From positions 7,090 to 71,089 of the forward strand of contig CANRGJ010000013.1 of the NCBI GenBank assembly GCA_947630175.1: a stretch of 64,000 nt of DNA. Direction: 5' to 3'. The stretch is from an uncultured Ruminiclostridium sp. GTDB taxonomy: Bacteria > Bacillota > Clostridia > Oscillospirales > Ruminococcaceae. Made by a program: the position numbers and the translations under genes. The notes beneath the pieces are model-generated. The model was not told the DNA's origin. It saw nothing but the letters and a program-made list of their open reading frames with translations, and ran no database searches. This document shows, piece after piece, positions 46,386-55,882 of this stretch; positions within the stretch are counted from its first letter, which is position 1; each line of letters starts with the position of its first letter.

Positions 46386-46976
46386 TTATTCCTTGTTATT
46401 TTTAAGTGTTTCAGCAAGTTTCTTCATCGCATTCGCCCTGTGGCTTATCTCATTTTTTTCTTCTTCGTCAAGCTCCGCCATACTTCTGCCGTCCTCAAGC
46501 ATAAATATGGGGTCGTAGCCGAAGCCGCCCTCGCCCACGGGCTCGTCGCCGATATAGCCGTCCAGAGTTCCTGTGACGCAGTATTCCCGCTTGTCGTCCA
46601 GAATGAAGTAGATCGCGCAGACGAACCTTGCGTTCCTCAGCGGCGTATCTACCCCCTGCATTTCCTCAAGCAGTTTTTCTATCCGTTCTCTGTCTGTGGC
46701 GTGTTCCCCTGCGTATCTTGCGGAATAAATTCCAGGCGCTCCGCCCAGAAATTCCACCTCAAGCCCGCTGTCATCGGCAATAACGGGCATACCCGACACC
46801 GCCCTCACAGCCTTCGCCTTGATATGGGCGTTTTCCTCAAAGGTCTCGCCGTCCTCAATTATTTCGGGGTCAACTCCCGCTTCCGCCATAGATACCGCCT
46901 CAAAGCCGTAAGGCGTCAGCAGTTTTCTGAATTCTCGGACCTTTCCCTCATTTTTTGTAGCAATTATAACTTTCAT
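46386..46976 (-). CDS. rdgB: Non-canonical purine NTP pyrophosphatase (RdgB/HAM1)
   Basis: ATKNEGK, ADDSGL, GAPGIYSARY, GFGYDPIF, ISHRA. Confidence 0.94.
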   Translation of the reverse strand: MKVIIATKNEGKVREFRKLLTPYGFEAVSMAEAGVDPEIIEDGETFEENAHIKAKAVRAVSGMPVIADDSGLEVEFLGGAPGIYSARYAGEHATDRERIEKLLEEMQGVDTPLRNARFVCAIYFILDDKREYCVTGTLDGYIGDEPVGEGGFGYDPIFMLEDGRSMAELDEEEKNEISHRANAMKKLAETLKNNKE

Positions 46977-47932
46977 TGTATTTCCTCAGTATCAGCGGTT
47001 TCAGTTTTTTCCGCAGTCAGATCCATTCCCTCAAACAAAGCCTCAGCGTAATCCTCAGGGATAAAGGGCTGAAGATCGTCTATCCTTTCGCCCACGCCCA
47101 CCAGCTTTACGGGAATGTCAAGCTCGTTTCTTATAGGTATTATTATACCACCTTTTGCCGTTCCGTCAAGCTTTGTGAGAACTATTCCCGAAATATCCGC
47201 CGCCTCTTTGAAAAGCCGCGCCTGATTTACGGCGTTCTGTCCCGTCGTGGCGTCAAGCACCAGCAGCGTTTCACGGGAGGAATCAGGCAGCTTCTGCATC
47301 GTTATCCTGTTTATCTTTTTAAGCTCCTCCATAAGATTTTTCTTATTGTGGAGCCGCCCTGCGGTATCTATTATGAGGACGTCATAGTTTTCCGCAAGGC
47401 ACTTGGTGCAGGCGTCGTAAACCACGGCGGCAGGGTCTGAGCCCTCCTCCCGCTTTACGATATCGACCCCAGCTCTGTCCGTCCACACGTTCAGTTGATC
47501 GATAGCCGCCGCCCTGAACACGTCTGCCGCCGCCACGAGGACTTTTTTCCCCTGCGCTTTCAGATTTGCGGACAGCTTGCCAACGGTGGTGGTCTTTCCC
47601 GCCCCGTTAACGCCTATCATGGTGATGACTGCGGGGGAGGAGGACAGGTCAAGCTGATTGTTCCCGCTTATCATCTGTGAGATGATCTCTTTCATCGCGG
47701 TCATAACTTCGCCCGTGTCCGACATTTTGTCCTGCTTTGCCCGTTCTCTCAGCCTGTCGCATATCTCCACAGCCGTTTCAGCGCCCAGATCCGCCGTTAT
47801 AAGCGTTTCCTCCAGCTCGTCGAAAAATTCGTCGTCTATCTTCTTGTATCCTCTGAACAGCTCGCCTATTTTTCCCGCAAGACTGTCCGTAGTCTTTTTC
47901 AGCCCGTTTTTCAGCTTTTCAAAAAGTCCCAT
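46973..47932 (-). CDS. ftsY: SRP receptor FtsY
   Basis: GVNGAGKTTT, DTAGRLH, DATTGQNA, TKLDGTAKGG. Confidence 0.97.
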   Translation of the reverse strand: MGLFEKLKNGLKKTTDSLAGKIGELFRGYKKIDDEFFDELEETLITADLGAETAVEICDRLRERAKQDKMSDTGEVMTAMKEIISQMISGNNQLDLSSSPAVITMIGVNGAGKTTTVGKLSANLKAQGKKVLVAAADVFRAAAIDQLNVWTDRAGVDIVKREEGSDPAAVVYDACTKCLAENYDVLIIDTAGRLHNKKNLMEELKKINRITMQKLPDSSRETLLVLDATTGQNAVNQARLFKEAADISGIVLTKLDGTAKGGIIIPIRNELDIPVKLVGVGERIDDLQPFIPEDYAEALFEGMDLTAEKTETADTEEIQ

Positions 47933-48289
47933 AAAACCCCCGATGACAGTTGAAAGTGTACAGTGTACAGTGAAAAGTTGAGGAGTTTTTCGCCGAAGGC
48001 GAAAAACGGATTAGGATTGCCGCCTGCAAATTTTTGCCTGTCATTCCAAATCCGTTTTTGCGAAGCAAAAACACCACAACTGTGCACTTTGCACTGTGCA
48101 CTCTTAACTTTTTTCTTTGCGCTTTTAACTTTCATTTGCGTGCAAATTCAAATTGCCGCCTGCAAATCAGCACTTGTCATTCCAAATCCGTTTTTGCGAA
48201 GCAAAAACACCACAACTGTGCACTTTGCACTGTGCACTCTTAACTTATCTTTGCACTTTTAACTTATCTTTGCATTTTTAACTTTCAGT
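47933..48289. repeat. Heptamer-armed intergenic repeat, copy 3 (internal tandem duplication)
   Basis: Same core with CGCCGAAGGCG variant; TTTTTGCGAAGCAAAAA twice. Confidence 0.85.
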
Positions 48290-51200
48290 TTATTCAAGTT
48301 CTTCCTCCACGTCCGCCAGCTCCTGCCTGAGCAGTCTTGACACGCCCTTTTCCTGCATAAACACTCCGTACAGCACGTCGCAGCCCTCTATCGTTCCTCT
48401 TCGGTGAGTTATTGTCATAAGCTGGGTACTGCCCGAAAAGCGCTTTAGGTAGGTTATGTACTTCACCACGTTCACCTCGTCAAGGGCGGCGTCCACCTCG
48501 TCCAGCATACAAAACGGCGTGGGCCTGTGGAGCAGCATTGCGAAATAAAGCGTTATCGCCACCATAGTCTGCTCCCCGCCCGACAGGGAAATAAGGTTCT
48601 TTATCAGCTTTCCCGGCGGGGCGGCGTATATCTCTATCCCGCTGTTCAGAACGTCGTTCGGGTCGGTAAGCTCCAGATGAGCGCTGCCCCCGCCGAACAC
48701 CTCGATGAATACCCGCTGAAAATGCTCGTTTATGTCGTTGAAGCTGGACAAAAATCTCGCCTTTATATCGGCGGTGAGGCTTTCTATCAGCTTTTCCAGC
48801 TCTCTCTTGGAGCTTTCCACGTCGTCAAGCTGTTTTTTAAGCTCAGCGAAACGTGCCGAGACCTCCTCGTATTCCTCGATTGAGGCGAAGTTCACGTTGC
48901 CCAGGGCGGTTATCTTCCGCCTTAACTCCGCAAGCCTGCTCTTTGCGGCGGAAATGTCCTTTGGAACGCTTGCGGCGGCGTAAGCCTCGGTGGGAGTCAT
49001 CTCGTACTTGTCCCACAGCCCCGACTTAATTCGCTCGCTTTCCTTTTCGCAGGCGTCCTTTCGCTCGGTAGCTATGGCAAGAGCGTTGGAGAATTTTTCC
49101 TTGTCCTCGCTTTTTTCTCTTATCTCCCTGTTTATCTCGCCTGAGCGCTTTTCAAGGGCGTTCAGCTGTTCTATCAGCTCTGCGCCCTCGTCCTTGCTTC
49201 CTGCAAGACGGGCTTTGAGAGCCTCTCCCTGCTTTACCTTTTCCTCGATGTCGGAATTTAGCTGAGCTATCTTTTCCTCCTGCTCCGCTATTTCCTGTTG
49301 AAGTGCGTTCCCGCCAAGGTCGAGAGCTTTCCTGCTCTCCTCCATATCCGCCTTGCGGGACTGTATATGCTCAATATCCTTTTTCAGCGCAAGATTTTCC
49401 AGTCCTAAAGCGGTAATTTTATCGCCAAGGGCGTTTCTTTCCTCAAGGCGTTTCTGCACGCCCTCGTCCGCCTGCTTTATGCTCTGGGCAAGCGCCTCTG
49501 CGTCCTTTTCGCACTGAGCAAGGTCTTTTTTGCTCTGCTCTATCGTTTCGTTATATTTTGCAATATCCGTGTCCGCGCGGGCAAGCATAGCTTCCTCGCT
49601 GTCCTGCTGTTCCTCTGCGGAGGAAATAAGCTGTTTTGTTGCGGCGATCTCTGCGCTGATACCCGTTTCCTCCGCATTTGCGGCGGCAAGCTGTTCGTTG
49701 TAGCCCTCCATTTCAATGGACATCTTGTTGACTTCCTCACGGAGGACGGACAATTCTTCATTTGCGGTTTTCAGCTTTGCGGAAAGCTCCTCCGCTTTCA
49801 CGGTCAGCGTTTCTATCTCCTGATTTCTTGCGATTATCCCTGAGGTTTCCTTTAAAGAACCGCCTGTAAAGGAACCCCCTGCGTTTATCACCTGACCGTC
49901 AAGGGTAACTATCTTGAATTTGTAGCCGTTTTTCTTTGCGATTACCGTTGCGGTGTCGATGTCCTCCACCACGGCGCACCTGCCTAAAGCGAACCTGATT
50001 ATATCCTCATACTTTTTGTCACATTTTACAAGCTGGCTAGCTATCCCCTCAAAGCCGTATTCCCCCTCAAGGTCTGCGTTCAGCACGTTGCCCTTTACCG
50101 AGGTCAGCGGCAGGAAGGTAGCCCGTCCGCCGCCTGTTTCCTTAAGATAGCGTATGCACCTTTTTGCGGCGTCCTCATTCGTCACAATAACGTTCTGCAA
50201 AACTGCTCCCAAAGCGGTCTCGATAGCAACGGTGTACTTTTTGTCCACCTTGATGACGTCCGCCACCGTGCCCTCGACGCCGCTGACCTTTCCGTGCCTT
50301 GCGGCGTTTATCACGGACTTTACGCTGGAGGCGTACCCCGCCATATTCTTCTCCACGTCGGAAAGAATCTCCAGCCTTGACTTGCACTGTTCATGCTCAC
50401 GGCGAAGCTGTTCAAAACTGCTTTGCTTTTCCTCCAGCTTTGCCTTTTTCCCGCCGAACAGACGGGAATAGCCTGACAGCTTGTTTTCAGCCTCGTTTTT
50501 GCTTTCCTGCACCGAGGACAGCTTTTCCTCCAGCTCCTTGCGCTTTGCCCGCCATTCCTTTATCTGCGCCTCTCTCGCCTCAAAATGCTCTTTTGAAGCG
50601 GCAAGCCGTTCCTGAAGGTCGGTAATGCTCTGTGCGGCGGACTCGGCGGTGAGCTGTAACTGCGTCTTTTTCGTCAGCAGCTCGCTCTGCCTGTTTTCCA
50701 GCTCCTTGTATTCACGGTCAAACTCGTCGTTCTTTGCCGACATTTCCGAAAGCTGTGCGCCAAGGCGCTTTGCCTGCTCGTCGTTGCTTTGCAGTAGCTT
50801 TTCTTTTCCTTCTATCTCAGCTTCGGCGGCGTTTATCTTTTCTTCAAGCTCAGCCGATCCGTTTTCGCTGTCCTTTATCTGCTGTTTTATCTGCTCTATT
50901 TTTTCGTTGCAGTGAAGAATCTCGTTTTCCAAAACCGCCTTTTCGCGGTCGGCGGCGGCTATCTCGTCCCTTGCGGCGTCGCCTTTTCTGCGCAGCTCCT
51001 CCTGCTGTGCGGAGATAAGCATTTTCTTTTCCGCAATTTCTTCGTTTTCCCGTTCCAACTCCTCTATCTCACGCTGAAAATGCTCACATTCCCCTTGATT
51101 TGCAAGTATCCTGTCGTCCTGCTCAATAAGCTCTCTGCCTATCCTCTCCAAGTCCCACACGCCGACGCCTATATCAAGGGCTTTTTCCTCCTCCATAAGC

Positions 51201-51850
51201 ACCCGCGCCTGTCTTGCCTTTTCCGACTGCTTTTCCAGCACGGGAATACGGGCGGAAAGCTCCGTTTCGATATCCTTCAGGCGCATTATGTTGTCGTTGG
51301 CTCTGGCAAGGTCACGCTCCGCCTCCTGCTTTCTGTGGAGGAATTTGGAGACTCCCGCCGCCTCTTCAAAAAGCTCCCTCCTTTGAGTATCACGGCTGTT
51401 TATGACTTCCGAAACTCGTCCCTGCCCGATAATGGAATAACCGTCACGTCCGAGACCCGTTCCCATAAGCAGCTCCTGAACGTCTTTAAGACGGCTTTTT
51501 TCATTGTTTATCAGATATTCACTGTCGCCCGTTCTGTACAGCTTTCTTGTGATGATAACCTCGTCGCTGTCCACATTCAGCGCCCTGTCAGTGTTGTCAA
51601 TGGTGAGGGAGACCTTGGCAAAGCCCATAGGCTTGCGGGATACGGTGCCGTGAAAGATAACGTCCTCCATCTTATCTCCGCGCAGAGTTTTAGCGCCCTG
51701 CTCTCCCATAACCCAGCGCAGGGCGTCGCTTATGTTGCTTTTGCCGTTGCCGTTGCTTCCCACGATAGCGGTCATTTTCCTGTCGAAATTCAGCTCCGTC
51801 TTGTCCGCAAAGGACTTGAACCCCTGAATTTCCATGGATCTAAAAAACAT
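48290..51850 (-). CDS. smc: Chromosome segregation protein SMC
   Basis: GSNGNGKSN Walker A, coiled coils, hinge GGRATFLPL, LSGGE signature, LDEVDAALD. Confidence 0.97.
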   Translation of the reverse strand: MFFRSMEIQGFKSFADKTELNFDRKMTAIVGSNGNGKSNISDALRWVMGEQGAKTLRGDKMEDVIFHGTVSRKPMGFAKVSLTIDNTDRALNVDSDEVIITRKLYRTGDSEYLINNEKSRLKDVQELLMGTGLGRDGYSIIGQGRVSEVINSRDTQRRELFEEAAGVSKFLHRKQEAERDLARANDNIMRLKDIETELSARIPVLEKQSEKARQARVLMEEEKALDIGVGVWDLERIGRELIEQDDRILANQGECEHFQREIEELERENEEIAEKKMLISAQQEELRRKGDAARDEIAAADREKAVLENEILHCNEKIEQIKQQIKDSENGSAELEEKINAAEAEIEGKEKLLQSNDEQAKRLGAQLSEMSAKNDEFDREYKELENRQSELLTKKTQLQLTAESAAQSITDLQERLAASKEHFEAREAQIKEWRAKRKELEEKLSSVQESKNEAENKLSGYSRLFGGKKAKLEEKQSSFEQLRREHEQCKSRLEILSDVEKNMAGYASSVKSVINAARHGKVSGVEGTVADVIKVDKKYTVAIETALGAVLQNVIVTNEDAAKRCIRYLKETGGGRATFLPLTSVKGNVLNADLEGEYGFEGIASQLVKCDKKYEDIIRFALGRCAVVEDIDTATVIAKKNGYKFKIVTLDGQVINAGGSFTGGSLKETSGIIARNQEIETLTVKAEELSAKLKTANEELSVLREEVNKMSIEMEGYNEQLAAANAEETGISAEIAATKQLISSAEEQQDSEEAMLARADTDIAKYNETIEQSKKDLAQCEKDAEALAQSIKQADEGVQKRLEERNALGDKITALGLENLALKKDIEHIQSRKADMEESRKALDLGGNALQQEIAEQEEKIAQLNSDIEEKVKQGEALKARLAGSKDEGAELIEQLNALEKRSGEINREIREKSEDKEKFSNALAIATERKDACEKESERIKSGLWDKYEMTPTEAYAAASVPKDISAAKSRLAELRRKITALGNVNFASIEEYEEVSARFAELKKQLDDVESSKRELEKLIESLTADIKARFLSSFNDINEHFQRVFIEVFGGGSAHLELTDPNDVLNSGIEIYAAPPGKLIKNLISLSGGEQTMVAITLYFAMLLHRPTPFCMLDEVDAALDEVNVVKYITYLKRFSGSTQLMTITHRRGTIEGCDVLYGVFMQEKGVSRLLRQELADVEEELE

Positions 51851-51859
51851 TGCCTGTCC

Positions 51860-52870
51860 TCAATTTCTTTTATCGTCTGCGGCGTGTATCTCCAAAAGAA
51901 CGCCGCTTTTTTCCTTCATTTTGAAAGTTATCCCCTGCTCCGCCAGCGCATGCTTGTTGCAGCCGCCGTGTCCCGAAACAAGGCTCATATTCTTCCTGTC
52001 CGTGTAGATAATGAACCTGCTCCCGCCGATCTTTTCCATCTCAGCGAGCATTTTCCTGTACATTCTCCTGCTTTCCACTATGTCTCCGAGAGCAGGGTGG
52101 TAAGCTCCGCCTGTGCGCTGTTTTGCCACTTCCTCAGAGGCGTGAAGCCCAAGGCGTATCACGGGAATGTTCTTTTCCTCAAAAAAGTCCAACAGCTTTG
52201 CGCAAAGCTCCACCGTTTCCTCGAAAGAAAAGCTGTTGTAAAGCCCCTTTTCCCTCAGCTCGTCCAACATCGTGCCTTTAAGTATAACGGTTGGGTATAT
52301 CCTCACCGTGTCGCATTTCAGCTCTGCAAATTCTCTTGCAGTTTCAAGGCAGTATTCAGGCTTATCACCGTACAGTCCCGTCATCATCTGCAAGCCCAGC
52401 TCAATGCCGTAAGCCTTGATCAACTTGCTTGCCCGCCTTACGTCCTCGGCGGTATGACCACGGAGATTTGCTTTCAGCACCTCGTCGTTCATGCTCTGAG
52501 CGCCCAGCTCCACCGCCGTGACGCCGAACAGCTTAAGCTCCTCCATTATCTCCTCGTCAATGCAGTCGGGGCGGGTGGAACAGCGTATCCCGCCGTACTG
52601 TTCGGGGAACGCCTTAACATATTCCGAAGCGGCAAGGAGCAGCTCCCGCCGATAATCCTTATCCACAGCGGTAAAGCTGCCGCCGAAAAATGCGATCTCC
52701 GCCTGTAAATTATTTTTTTGCAGCAAAGGCACCTGCGCCGCCAGAATCTCCCTCACTTCCTCAGGGAAAGGCGCTCTCTCGCTCCCGCTGATGAACCGCT
52801 GATTGCAGAAAGAGCAGGTGTTTGGACAGCCCTTGTGGGGGATAAATATGGAAAGATTAGTTTGTTTCAT
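51860..52870 (-). CDS. Radical SAM protein (Elp3/YhcC-like)
   Basis: CPNTCSFC; AFFGGSFT, STRPD, ELGAQS; conserved position between rnc and smc. Confidence 0.88.
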   Translation of the reverse strand: MKQTNLSIFIPHKGCPNTCSFCNQRFISGSERAPFPEEVREILAAQVPLLQKNNLQAEIAFFGGSFTAVDKDYRRELLLAASEYVKAFPEQYGGIRCSTRPDCIDEEIMEELKLFGVTAVELGAQSMNDEVLKANLRGHTAEDVRRASKLIKAYGIELGLQMMTGLYGDKPEYCLETAREFAELKCDTVRIYPTVILKGTMLDELREKGLYNSFSFEETVELCAKLLDFFEEKNIPVIRLGLHASEEVAKQRTGGAYHPALGDIVESRRMYRKMLAEMEKIGGSRFIIYTDRKNMSLVSGHGGCNKHALAEQGITFKMKEKSGVLLEIHAADDKRN

Positions 52871-53534
52871 AGCCCATCAGCTTTACAGCTTCTTTTGCGG
52901 CGTTTTGCTCCGCCTCTTTTTTGCTTGCGCCAACGCCCGTTCCGATTATCTGTCCGTTTAAAAGCACGTTTGAAGTGAAGGTCCTGTTGTGCGCCGCGCC
53001 GCTTTCGTCCGCAAGCTCATAAACTACCTTTTCTTCGGGATTTTGCTGGATTATCTCCTGCAAAATAGTCTTGTAGTCCCCGATAAGGAGCTTCCCGCTT
53101 TTCAGCACGTCGATAGGGGGGATAAACGGCAAAATGAAATTTTGCGCCGCCGAAAATCCTCCGTCAAGATAAATAGCCGCTATCAGCGCCTCAAATGCGT
53201 CCGCAAGGATCGAACGGCGGTGGCGTCCGCCCGTGTTTTCCTCGCCCTTGCCAAGGAATATCTCGTTGCCCAGCCCTATTTTTTCCGCAAAAGGGAACAG
53301 GGAATGCTCGCACACTATGCTGGCTCTCAGCTTTGTGAGCTGACCCTCGGGCTTGTCTAAATTTTCAAAAAGATACTTTGAAACTACCAGAGAAAGCACG
53401 CTGTCCCCCAGAAACTCCAGCCGTTCGTTGCTGTGGTGGTTTTTCCCGCCAACGAAGGAAGAATGGGTCAGCGCCTCTTTAAGCAGTCCCTTATCCTTAA
53501 ATTCATATCCTATCCGCTGTTCAAAATCAGTCAT
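52857..53534 (-). CDS. rnc: Ribonuclease III
   Basis: NERLEFLGDSVL, ADAFEALIAAIYLDGG, dsRBD DYKTILQE; ATG 53534 (TTG 53540 alternative). Confidence 0.97.
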   Translation of the reverse strand: MTDFEQRIGYEFKDKGLLKEALTHSSFVGGKNHHSNERLEFLGDSVLSLVVSKYLFENLDKPEGQLTKLRASIVCEHSLFPFAEKIGLGNEIFLGKGEENTGGRHRRSILADAFEALIAAIYLDGGFSAAQNFILPFIPPIDVLKSGKLLIGDYKTILQEIIQQNPEEKVVYELADESGAAHNRTFTSNVLLNGQIIGTGVGASKKEAEQNAAKEAVKLMGYETN

Positions 53535-54555
53535 TTGCAACCTCTGTACCGTCTGTATTCAGCTTCTGCAGCGCGGCGGTCATCTCCTCGATAACGTTGT
53601 TTTCGATAAATTCCTTCGCCTGCCTTACCGCATTCTTGAACGCCAAAGCGTCGCTGCTGCCGTGAGCCTTTATAACAGGCTTTGCCGTACCCAGCAGGGG
53701 AGAACCGCCCGTTTCACGGTAGTCCATTTTCCTTGACAGCTCCTTTATCCCTTTCATTGTGAAAAGAGAGCCTATCTTCGTGCCGAAATTCTTGAAAAAC
53801 AGGCGTTTCAGGGAAATCTTCATAAATTTTCCCATACCCTCGATAGTTTTCAGATAAACATTCCCAGTAAAGCCGTCCGTCACCAGAACGTCACAGCCGC
53901 CAAGAGCCGCCTCTCTGCCCTCGATACTGCCGATGAAGTTTACAGGCGCTTTTAGCAGCAATTCTCTCGCCTCGCGCTCCAAGTCCCTGCCCTTTTCCTC
54001 CTCGGTGCCCACGTTGAGCAGTCCTACACGGGGACTTTGCACGTTCATTATCTTGTCCATATAAACGCTGCCCATAACGCCGAACTGCTGTAACATCTCT
54101 GCTCTGCACTCCACGTTCGCCCCGCCGTCAAGGAGTATGTAGTTATTGTCCGCCGAGGGCATTATGGGAGCAAGTGAGGGGCGCTTCACGCCCTTTATCC
54201 TGCCTATCAGGGTAGTACCGCCCACCACCAGCGCCGCCGTACTGCCGCCGCTGATGAAAGCGTCCGCCTCGCCGTTTTTCACAAGCTGGAACGCAACGCC
54301 CATTGAGCTGTTCAGCTTAGCCTTTCTTATGTCGGTGGGATTGTCCTCTATTCTGATAACGCCGTCTGCGTTTTTCACCGTGATATTCTGAGTTGAAACG
54401 CCCAGCGCCTTTATTCTCTCGTTTACCTGCTTTTCGTCGCCGCAGAGAACGATATTGACGCCGTATTCCTTTACCGCCAGCGCGGCGCCCTTTATCACCT
54501 CGTCGGGAGCGTTGTCGCCGCCGAAAGCGTCCATTGCGACTGTTATCTTTGCCAT
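53527..54555 (-). CDS. plsX: Phosphate acyltransferase
   Basis: AMDAFGGDNAP, LLDGGAN, GLLNVGTEEEKG, DGFTGN, KAHGSS. Confidence 0.96.
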   Translation of the reverse strand: MAKITVAMDAFGGDNAPDEVIKGAALAVKEYGVNIVLCGDEKQVNERIKALGVSTQNITVKNADGVIRIEDNPTDIRKAKLNSSMGVAFQLVKNGEADAFISGGSTAALVVGGTTLIGRIKGVKRPSLAPIMPSADNNYILLDGGANVECRAEMLQQFGVMGSVYMDKIMNVQSPRVGLLNVGTEEEKGRDLEREARELLLKAPVNFIGSIEGREAALGGCDVLVTDGFTGNVYLKTIEGMGKFMKISLKRLFFKNFGTKIGSLFTMKGIKELSRKMDYRETGGSPLLGTAKPVIKAHGSSDALAFKNAVRQAKEFIENNVIEEMTAALQKLNTDGTEVAND

Positions 54556-54577
54556 TTTAACAAACCCCTTTCCGATT

Positions 54578-55870
54578 TTACTTAGCGTAAGCGGCTTTCA
54601 GCCTTTCAAGCCCTCTCGCCGCTATCTTTTCATATCTGTCCTGCTTGTTTTTTATATTTTCCTCAAGGGGCGGGAGTATCCCCATATTCGCCCCCATAGG
54701 CTGAAAATCCTTGTTTTCCGTGGAAACGTGCCTGCAAAGAGCATTGCATATAGTGCCGTCGGGAAGTACAAGCTCCTCTTCCCCCAAAAGCCTTTTTGCA
54801 AGGCTTATCCCTGCGATAATTCCACTCATTGCGCTTTCAACGTAGCCCTCCACCCCTGTCATCTGTCCTGCGAAAAAGACGTTTTCACTGCCCTTAAGCA
54901 TAAACCTGCCGTCAAGGAGCAGGGGAGAGTTTAAAAACGTGTTGCGGTGCATAACGCCGTATCTTGCAAATTCGGCGTTTTCAAGCCCCGGTATCATACC
55001 GAACACCCGCTTTTGCTCAGGGAATTTCAGATTTGTCTGAAATCCCACGATATTGTACAGCGTTCCCTCGGCGTTTTCCTTGCGAAGCTGGACTGCCGCC
55101 CAAGGGCGGTGACCGGTGCGGGGGTCGGTAAGTCCCACAGGCTTCATACAGCCGTATCTCACGCTTTCCTCCCCGCGCTTTGCCAGGACCTCGACAGGCA
55201 TACAGCCCTCGTAAACGGTCAGGTTTTCAAACTCCTTTAAAGGAGCCGTTTCCGCATTTATCAGTTCGTTATAGAACCGCTGATATTCCTCCCTGTTCAT
55301 AGGGCAGTTGATGTAGTCCGCCTCCCCCTTGTCATAGCGGGTGGCGAAAAACGCCCTTGTCATATCAATGCTCTCAAAGGTAACGATTGGAGCCGCGGCG
55401 TCATAGAAGCTGAGCGTATCGCCGCATTTTTCCCTTATCGCCTGCGCCATTTTGTCGGAGGTGAGAGGACCCGTAGCTATCACCGTGTCCTTTTCGGGAA
55501 AGCAGGTTATCTCCTCCGAAACCACCGTTATATTGGGGTGGGAATTTATCTTTTCGGTAACGTAATCGGAGAAAAGCTCGCGGTTCACCGCCAGCGCTCC
55601 TCCTGCGGGAACGGCTGTTTTGTCCGCCGCCTCAAGTATCAGCGAGCCCAGTATCCGCATTTCAGCTTTCAGCATACCGCTTGCGCTGTTTATCCTCGCC
55701 GCTTTCAGGGAGTTGGAGCATACCAGCTCCGCCAGACCGTTATAGCGGTGAGCAGGGGTACGCTTGTTCGGCTTCATCTCAAAAAGCGTGACCTTTATTC
55801 CTCTTTCCGCCAAAGCCCAAGCCGCCTCACAGCCTGCAAGCCCGCCGCCGATGACTGTCGCTTTATTCAC
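54578..55870 (-). CDS. trmFO: tRNA (uracil-54) methyltransferase TrmFO
   Basis: GGGLAGCEAA, ELVCSNS, FYDAAAP, GFQTNL, YGVMHRN, GVEGYVES. Confidence 0.96.
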   Translation of the reverse strand: MNKATVIGGGLAGCEAAWALAERGIKVTLFEMKPNKRTPAHRYNGLAELVCSNSLKAARINSASGMLKAEMRILGSLILEAADKTAVPAGGALAVNRELFSDYVTEKINSHPNITVVSEEITCFPEKDTVIATGPLTSDKMAQAIREKCGDTLSFYDAAAPIVTFESIDMTRAFFATRYDKGEADYINCPMNREEYQRFYNELINAETAPLKEFENLTVYEGCMPVEVLAKRGEESVRYGCMKPVGLTDPRTGHRPWAAVQLRKENAEGTLYNIVGFQTNLKFPEQKRVFGMIPGLENAEFARYGVMHRNTFLNSPLLLDGRFMLKGSENVFFAGQMTGVEGYVESAMSGIIAGISLAKRLLGEEELVLPDGTICNALCRHVSTENKDFQPMGANMGILPPLEENIKNKQDRYEKIAARGLERLKAAYAK

Positions 55871-55882
55871 AAAAACAGCTCC

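Noticed and set aside
50912-52708. 598-aa plus-strand ORF
   Set aside because: Antisense shadow of smc and the radical SAM gene; no RBS or recognisable motif.
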